DNA from: a virus
Taxonomy: Duplodnaviria > Caudoviricetes
DNA: 64,000 nucleotides
IMG/VR virus record: IMGVR_UViG_3300037067_013742
Span: 128,001 to 192,000 of that record
Strand: one strand, 5' to 3'
The notes beneath the pieces were generated by a model. That model was not told the origin of the DNA, did not search any database, and saw only the letters and a list, made by a program, of their open reading frames with translations. Both the position numbers and the translations under genes were made by a program. Positions 58,057 to 64,000 of the stretch are shown one piece after another (within the stretch, counting starts at the first letter, position 1; the number at the start of each line of letters is the position of its first letter).

Positions 58057-58719
58057 TTAGTTCTCTATCTCTTCTTTATAGATACCATCAAACAATATTG
58101 GAGTTCTTGACATAAAGTCTTTAACTAGGGGAATCATAACTTCTCTCATACGAGGATGGGCTTTCTTTGAAGTCCTAAGCGATAGTATATGTCTCCACTC
58201 CCGAACATCAGCACCGATAACAATCTCTGCCTTTAATCCTATGCATAGAGCCTCTCTAGCAATTTCGGCTGGGCAGCCCGCGTCTACTAAAGCGAGATAA
58301 GATTCTTGTGATTGCGCCCAGCTATCTAGGAGCATCGATTTATATAGAGCCCTCTTCTCAGAGTCTGCTATCTTCATGGCTAGTATTCGATCGGGATCGA
58401 TACAAGTAATCTCTCTACCAAATTTATCTTTAGCATAGTTACAGTAGCGAGTGCTTTCTTGTGCGAAGCTGGCTAAACGCATTCTGACGAGCTCGTGCGT
58501 AAATCCGCGATTAGAATAGAACTTAACCACTATCCAACCACCAAACTCTATCATCGCGTGGTGACCACTCTTGATGAGTCTCGCAACTAGTGATTCCGCC
58601 GATCCTTGCGAAATTTTGTCTTCACTTTTGTAGCACACGCGTGACGCTCTTTCTATAGATAGGAGTGGGTTTTCTGGGAATTCGAGAATTTCATAACTAG
58701 CATCTATAATATTTGGCAT
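58057..58719 (-). CDS. thyX: Flavin-dependent thymidylate synthase
   Basis: RVCYKS, GHHAMIEF, THELVRMRLASFAQESTRY, EIAR, WRHILSLR, AHP. Confidence 0.88.
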   Translation of the reverse strand: MPNIIDASYEILEFPENPLLSIERASRVCYKSEDKISQGSAESLVARLIKSGHHAMIEFGGWIVVKFYSNRGFTHELVRMRLASFAQESTRYCNYAKDKFGREITCIDPDRILAMKIADSEKRALYKSMLLDSWAQSQESYLALVDAGCPAEIAREALCIGLKAEIVIGADVREWRHILSLRTSKKAHPRMREVMIPLVKDFMSRTPILFDGIYKEEIEN

Positions 58720-58726
58720 TTCTTAC

Positions 58727-59356
58727 CTATATATCTATTACTACAATAGGGTTAACTGGTTCATAAGCTTCATTACATACGGCGGCATTAACATACCAAG
58801 TCCTGTTATTTGGGTCTTGCCACTTGATACCGCCCTGAAGATGCAGATGACCAAAGACATGTAGCTTTAACTTCATACCATTTAAAATGGTCCGAAGTTC
58901 TTCACATCCCTGAGGCGTATAGGTTCTTGGTACTCTATCTAATACCCCGTTAGGCGGTCCATGGGTTATTAGGATGTCTGTATCTTTTGGAATTTTGTCC
59001 CATACCTCTTTAATCTCCTCGCCTCTATATTTGTTGAAAGCCCAATAGTGTCCGCCAAACCAAGGAGTCCAGGGCGAGCCGTAAATCTTATAGCCATTAA
59101 ATGTAGTTTCACTATCTAGGAGTAGAGTACAGTGAGTAAGAATTTCTCTAGCTGCTTGGTCTGGGAGTGATCTATCGTGATTGCCGGGGATACATATAAC
59201 TGGAACTGTTTGTTTTCGGCACCACTCATTAAAAGATTCTAGAGATTCTAGCTCGCCAGTATTAGTTATATCTCCGGCATGAAGAATAAGATCACACCAA
59301 GGAACATAAACCCTATTTTCGAGGGTATGTGTATCCGCCAGACAACAGACTTTCAA
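58727..59356 (-). CDS. Metallophosphoesterase
   Basis: ADTH, HAGD, GNHD, THGPP, FGHLH; start moved to TTG 59356 after GGAGG. Confidence 0.85.
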   Translation of the reverse strand: MKVCCLADTHTLENRVYVPWCDLILHAGDITNTGELESLESFNEWCRKQTVPVICIPGNHDRSLPDQAAREILTHCTLLLDSETTFNGYKIYGSPWTPWFGGHYWAFNKYRGEEIKEVWDKIPKDTDILITHGPPNGVLDRVPRTYTPQGCEELRTILNGMKLKLHVFGHLHLQGGIKWQDPNNRTWYVNAAVCNEAYEPVNPIVVIDI

Positions 59357-59357
59357 T

Positions 59358-60227
59358 TTATTCCTCCGAATATGCGGGGAAGTGAGGGACATCAAGCTCT
59401 AGTTGAATATCAACCATTGCTTCGACGTCTAGAGTTCTACGGCAAGCCTCTTCACCAAATAAGCTGGCCATCTCTTCCGGGCTTTTGAAGTAAGTCTCTT
59501 CTGAATAATTCATAGAGAGAGTTTCTAGAGTCTGCCCGTGTTGGAGAGCCATCATAATATTGTGAATATAGTGGTCTTCCCGCCGAAGAAAGTGAGCATC
59601 ATTGGTAGGAATCCATGGTACATCAAACTTCTTAGAGAGCTCTTCTTGAAGTACGTTTACTCTCTTCTGAACTTCCATCCCGTGGTCCATAAACTCTAGC
59701 CAGAATCTTCCCTTGAAGGATTCTTTTAGCCGGCCCAACCATTTCTCCGCAACCTCTCGATGGCCTTCGGCTAGATTCCATGCAACTGGTCCTTTTATAC
59801 AGGCGCTAGTTACTATAAGGTCTTTGCCGATTTCCTCAATTAGTTTTAGTGAGACTCTAGGCTTGTAGTAAAAGCCTTCTAGAAATCCTATGCTACTAAG
59901 CTTATAGAGTTGTTTTACGCCCTCAGCATTTATAGCTAATAGGACTAGGTGATAGTTCTGCTGGGCTGGAACATCCTCGATCTTTTCTTTTAGAGTGTGG
60001 TCGTCAGTCGGCGAGATATAAATTTCACAACCAATTAATGGCTTTATCTCTTGTTTCTTACATTCTTCATAGAGTCTTATCGCGCTCGCCATTAGGCCAT
60101 GATCTGTAACCGCAACGGCTTTCATCCCAAGTTCTTTACAGCGAGCAACCAGCTCGGGAATTTTGATTATAGAATCAAGGATACTGCGGTCTGAGTGGAC
60201 GTGAGTATGGACTAGCTCAACTGTCAT
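59358..60227 (-). CDS. dnaE: DnaE piece 1 (stand-alone PHP domain)
   Basis: HVHSDRSILD, AVTDHG, KPLIGCE, HLVLLA, FYYKPR, TNDAHF; ends in the PHP-to-palm linker (PHFP). Confidence 0.9.
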   Translation of the reverse strand: MTVELVHTHVHSDRSILDSIIKIPELVARCKELGMKAVAVTDHGLMASAIRLYEECKKQEIKPLIGCEIYISPTDDHTLKEKIEDVPAQQNYHLVLLAINAEGVKQLYKLSSIGFLEGFYYKPRVSLKLIEEIGKDLIVTSACIKGPVAWNLAEGHREVAEKWLGRLKESFKGRFWLEFMDHGMEVQKRVNVLQEELSKKFDVPWIPTNDAHFLRREDHYIHNIMMALQHGQTLETLSMNYSEETYFKSPEEMASLFGEEACRRTLDVEAMVDIQLELDVPHFPAYSEE

Positions 60228-60870
60228 TCTGATGTTCCTTTATCTTTAGGTCATTAGCGATCATATAGTCCCTTAGCTTGATTAACTGGTGCGCAAAGTC
60301 CTTCTCAGCCGTGGGATTCCTAAGGATATAGGAGGGATGATAGATTACATACAGATCCGCATCTATCCCAAAGACATTTTCGTCTGGCCCAAAGAATCTT
60401 CCAACAACGGAGCTGACTGTCCCTGGGTAGTTTCTCATTAGTGCGGCGGCAGCAATACCACCACCAGCCACTATAAGCTGAGGCTTGTGAGCTTTAATAA
60501 CGGTCGAGACATTGGAGCTACAAGCTTTAACCTCCGCCGAGGTGGGAGCTCTGTTTTCTCTCTTATCTCCAGCTGGCGGATGTGGACGACAAAGAGCTAC
60601 GTTATAAATAAGAAAATCTCTATCGAGATTAACGAGAGTTGTCTCGGCTACTTTCTCAAAGGTTGTCGCAGCAGGGCCATTCATAACGAGATCGCCAAGC
60701 TCTTCGTTCTTTCCGGCAGCCTCAAAGAGCATTGAGACTTTAGCCTTCCAGTTTCCTCTAGGATGAACTGGGTATGAAAGTTCTGAGAGTCCACAAGCTC
60801 GGCACTTGCTCCTAGTGTCTCCAAATAGAGCTTCTATTTCAGCGGGGAGATTGGCTCTAAGTCGTTCCAT
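60217..60870 (-). CDS. Uracil-DNA glycosylase family 4-like
   Basis: CRAC, EAAG, NVALCRP, NRAP, YHPSYILR. Confidence 0.8.
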   Translation of the reverse strand: MERLRANLPAEIEALFGDTRSKCRACGLSELSYPVHPRGNWKAKVSMLFEAAGKNEELGDLVMNGPAATTFEKVAETTLVNLDRDFLIYNVALCRPHPPAGDKRENRAPTSAEVKACSSNVSTVIKAHKPQLIVAGGGIAAAALMRNYPGTVSSVVGRFFGPDENVFGIDADLYVIYHPSYILRNPTAEKDFAHQLIKLRDYMIANDLKIKEHQNDS

Positions 60871-61087
60871 CTGAATGCCTACTCCTACTTACCATCTCTT
60901 GTATTTTCTCCAGTCCCTTTACTGCATGCTTTCCTTGCCAGAATAGGGTTGGAAGCGGCCAATTAATCTCTACCCAAACATCTCCCTTCTTTACCAGGAG
61001 TGGGTCAAATTCAATTCCTTCTGATAGGAGAATATCTATAGCTTCCTGTGACTCTTGCCCAGGGCCAAGGAGTAGTATATTTCTCAT
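60857..61087 (-). CDS. Glutaredoxin-fold-like small protein lacking CxxC
   Basis: GIEF, LPTL, KG...I pattern. Confidence 0.35.
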   Translation of the reverse strand: MRNILLLGPGQESQEAIDILLSEGIEFDPLLVKKGDVWVEINWPLPTLFWQGKHAVKGLEKIQEMVSRSRHSDGTT

Positions 61088-61095
61088 CTGAATTA

Positions 61096-61416
61096 CTACC
61101 TATTTGGATTAGAAGAATCTATTAGGCGGGCTAGCTTCTCTTCTTCTTGGGCGCTTGGAGTTAGAACAGAAGCTCTCTCAGCTCGTATCTGAGCCTCTCT
61201 AGCCATCCTCATCTGTTGTTCTCTGACCTGATCGACTAGTCTCCTGTAGTCGGCGGCGATATCGTCTCTAACCCAGAGCTTTGTGCCATTCTTCATTGGA
61301 ATAAATCCCATCTCGCAGCCGCGTTGCTTGTGCATTCTCTTTGCGTCAGCGGCTTCTTTCGAGTCTCGACACTCTTGGTGATAGCCACAATACTTGCAGT
61401 GAAACATATACATCAC
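61096..61416 (-). CDS. Hypothetical Zn-finger protein
   Basis: CKYC...H...C. Confidence 0.5.
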   Translation of the reverse strand: MMYMFHCKYCGYHQECRDSKEAADAKRMHKQRGCEMGFIPMKNGTKLWVRDDIAADYRRLVDQVREQQMRMAREAQIRAERASVLTPSAQEEEKLARLIDSSNPNR

Positions 61417-63767
61417 TTAACCTCTAGTACCTTTTCTGCTAGTTCGCCAGCTGGTTCTCCCTCTGGTTCTTCCTGTGTTTTCATTACAGTTCTAGAACTC
61501 ATCTTGGCAACCTTGAACTTCTCATAGATCTCGTTGAAGATAGTAGGGCTCATTGCCATTGCTGTGTTAACTCGACCCTGGCCCAAACGCTCTCCGTTAT
61601 ATGAGTACCAGGCTCCAGACTTGTCAACAATCCCCATCTCGGAGGCGATATCCAAGAGAGATAGCTCTTTCGAAAAGCCGGAGTTAAAGAACATTGAAAC
61701 GATAGCCGTGCGGTGTGGCGGAGCAACCTTATTCTTCTTTATGTCGGCCTCGACATCGATTCCGATTGGTAGTCCGTCTTCCGCTAGATCGCCACTCTTC
61801 CTAACCTTGATGATTTGGCTAGCGAAGAACTTTAGAGCATTACCACCTGGCCTTGTCTCGCCACCATAAGGACCTATCTTGGAGTTGTGAGTAAGAAACT
61901 GGTCGGCAATAAATAGGCCCGAGTCTGTTTCTATATCTATTGCCTGGAAGCTAGCCGTGGTTATTTTTTCGACCCTATTGAATCTATGGCTGCTTAAGAA
62001 CTTGGTAGCCTCCTGAAGCTTCTTGTTTTCTATTGGCTGGAGCATATCTATCAAACGGCTTCTAGATATATTAAGCCTTTTGAATAGGCACATTTTAAAA
62101 GAGGAATAGTATGGATGTTTATAAGTGCCCCTAATCTTCTCGTCTTTTAACGTGTTGAATATCTCAAGTCCATACTCATAAGGCACTACGTCATACTTTC
62201 CGCGAGCTCCATTGGAGCTAGTAAACTGGAGGGCCTTCTTCTGCTTTTCGGGCTCGGCAAATCCTATGTCTTCACGGAAGCGAATGGCATCTTCTCCTGT
62301 TAGATATAAATACTTGCCTCTAACGTCTGCAAAAATCCCCATATAGTATAGGACTTTAGAAAATTCGTAGGTTGCGTCTATGTTTTCATGGGTAGATATA
62401 AATCCATATCTGTTAAATTTATGAGTATCAAAGAAAGCACCTCTTATGAAGTGCTTAATAATAGAACGTCTGGATCTGAGGATTATCGCAGGAATAGTTT
62501 TTTCTTGTCCATGTGATTTACACCCAAGGGCAGAAAGGAAGTAATAAACTTGCTGGCCCCAGAGGGCAATTTTTGATTGCTTTTCTGATATGGAGTAGCA
62601 GCTCTCGGGAAATAATTTCTTTACAGAGTTAGATATGAGCTCAAATCGCTCACGGTTATGTTCTGTGAACTGCATCCGATAATCAGATTTCTCCTCATCT
62701 CTGAAAAGATTTCCGTCCGAATAGCAACAACCAAGGAAGAAGGCTAAATCATCGTCCAGGTTAGTTGGTAACTCTATGTCTTTACACGCTAAAGTAGCCA
62801 TACTCTTGGCATAGGAGACCTGGTCCATTAGAGATGGCTTCTCATTCTCATTCGAGATACTCTCTATTGAGAGAATTGGTTGGATTAGCCAATCTCCAAT
62901 AGAGATTTCGCTACCAGCTTTGTAAATATTCAAGCCATTAGAGATGACTGGCTGCTGATGGTTGTTGCTTAGTTTAAATGGAGGGCGGTGCTTTATGCTA
63001 AGCTCTCTTCCCTCTACCATTAGGGAGGCAGAAATCCCCTTTATCTTTGCGGCTATGCCCTTTCTCTCTAAAACTAGATCTCCTTCTTTAGATTCTGAGA
63101 GGTGACAAAGTCTGCCATTTCTTAGAACTATAGAAGTAAGGGGTAAGCAGCGAATTTGGTTTACGCAGATAAGGGTTGAGCTATGTCTCTTTAGCGGACC
63201 AACAACCTTGCGGCAGAACTGACCCATAAGCCTTGCTACCTTACCAATAGCTTGATCGCCAACCTCTCCATCAAGCTCATCCTGTGAGGCTAGGGCTGCT
63301 ACAGAGTCAAGGATAACCAAAGGTACCTGTCCGCTCTCAACGGCCTGCATGACAACGTTTAGAGCGTCCTCTGCCGAGTCTGGCTGGGCAACCCAGAGGT
63401 TAGTTCGGCTAACCCCATTCTTTTGCATCCATACCGGATCCAGGGCATGTTCTAGGTCTACATAGACTATTGGGCTATTGGGTTCAACTATTTGGAGCTG
63501 AGATACTACCCGCAATGCGAGAGTGCTCTTTCCCGTTGATTCTTGGCCGTATATTTCTATGATTCTTCCCCGCGGAAATCCAAATACGCCCAGGGCGTCA
63601 TCAAGAGCAGCCAGCCCAGTGGGGATAACTCGTACATCTAGAACCTGGACGCTATCATCTCCCATACAGAAGAACGAGGTCCCGCCTAGCTTCTTCTGTA
63701 GAGAGGCTGCCGTAATCTCCCAGCTAGAGATTGTCGGTTTTGTTCCGTCTTCCTTCTTCTTAGCCAA
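61413..63767 (-). CDS. recA: RecA recombinase interrupted by an intein
   Basis: GRIIEIYGQESTGKST, DLEHALD, DSVAAL, NQIR, GGNALKF, KNKVAPP; extein 362 aa. Confidence 0.93.
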   Translation of the reverse strand: MAKKKEDGTKPTISSWEITAASLQKKLGGTSFFCMGDDSVQVLDVRVIPTGLAALDDALGVFGFPRGRIIEIYGQESTGKSTLALRVVSQLQIVEPNSPIVYVDLEHALDPVWMQKNGVSRTNLWVAQPDSAEDALNVVMQAVESGQVPLVILDSVAALASQDELDGEVGDQAIGKVARLMGQFCRKVVGPLKRHSSTLICVNQIRCLPLTSIVLRNGRLCHLSESKEGDLVLERKGIAAKIKGISASLMVEGRELSIKHRPPFKLSNNHQQPVISNGLNIYKAGSEISIGDWLIQPILSIESISNENEKPSLMDQVSYAKSMATLACKDIELPTNLDDDLAFFLGCCYSDGNLFRDEEKSDYRMQFTEHNRERFELISNSVKKLFPESCYSISEKQSKIALWGQQVYYFLSALGCKSHGQEKTIPAIILRSRRSIIKHFIRGAFFDTHKFNRYGFISTHENIDATYEFSKVLYYMGIFADVRGKYLYLTGEDAIRFREDIGFAEPEKQKKALQFTSSNGARGKYDVVPYEYGLEIFNTLKDEKIRGTYKHPYYSSFKMCLFKRLNISRSRLIDMLQPIENKKLQEATKFLSSHRFNRVEKITTASFQAIDIETDSGLFIADQFLTHNSKIGPYGGETRPGGNALKFFASQIIKVRKSGDLAEDGLPIGIDVEADIKKNKVAPPHRTAIVSMFFNSGFSKELSLLDIASEMGIVDKSGAWYSYNGERLGQGRVNTAMAMSPTIFNEIYEKFKVAKMSSRTVMKTQEEPEGEPAGELAEKVLEVK
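61884..63149 (-). mobile_element. Intein (422 aa) with LAGLIDADG domain in RecA
   Basis: Starts CLPLTS, SNNH block B, FLGCCYSDG / FIRGAFFD, ends FLTHN followed by Ser. Confidence 0.9.
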
Positions 63768-63986
63768 TCAATCCTCCGTAATGCCTAGTTCTCTCGCCCT
63801 TAGCAAAAGGGCTACGTTATCTTCTTTGTAAAGCTGCCCTATCAGTTTGTTTAACTCTAAGTCTTGGCTCTCTAAATCTTCTGGTATATCTGACCAGCCA
63901 GATAAGAGGACGCTGGCAATGCCCTCAACCATTCCCCTTCGGGTATTCTCCCAGGTAAGCGCAACTAGAACTTCCTCTGATGTCAC
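63768..63986 (-). CDS. Hypothetical protein
   Basis: AGGAGG upstream of GTG; abuts recA. Confidence 0.5.
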   Translation of the reverse strand: MTSEEVLVALTWENTRRGMVEGIASVLLSGWSDIPEDLESQDLELNKLIGQLYKEDNVALLLRARELGITED

Positions 63987-64000
63987 TTACTGGCCTCCTT

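Noticed and set aside
164-63831. Numerous antisense/overlapping ORFs in the track (e.g. 164-628, 14470-14952, 34845-35291, 50407-50886)
   Set aside because: They lie opposite or within well-supported genes and show no recognisable motifs.
1-64000. Genome-wide TAG reassignment (alternative genetic code)
   Set aside because: Long genes are intact in code 11, and many end in TAG right at the next start (e.g. TAGTG overlap at 28074-28078); only one small ORF has an internal TAG.

Overview
A gene-dense segment of a large tailed-phage genome (no rRNA, tRNA or CRISPR array seen) arranged as two convergent arms meeting at 27852-27855. The + arm (1-27855) carries large probable virion-structural genes, including two tandem paralog pairs and a GC-rich mosaic receptor-binding-like gene. 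These are followed by an 18-gene, apparently cytoplasmic glycan-synthesis locus: GT9/GT4/GT-A glycosyltransferases, RmlB-like and Gmd dehydratases, a DegT aminotransferase, methyltransferases, a radical SAM enzyme, an ATP-grasp-HAD fusion and a sulfotransferase-like protein, with one GT carrying an intein. The - arm (27852-64000) has holin-like genes, a compact sigma-like factor, nucleases, a primase-helicase, ThyX, UDG, an intein-containing RecA and a DnaE polymerase encoded in four pieces, two of them joined by a split intein flanking a free-standing LAGLIDADG gene. The 12.4 kb block separating the DnaE PHP piece from the catalytic piece is the best candidate for an undescribed system. It holds seven small proteins that all start with MKIRx(G/S)(L/F)VSNSS(S/A)SS(F/Y), three radical-SAM-type enzymes (one RlmN-like but lacking the resolving Cys) and a Ycf46-like AAA/DUF1257/DUF2997 module. 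All family calls are motif recognition by eye, not database searches.
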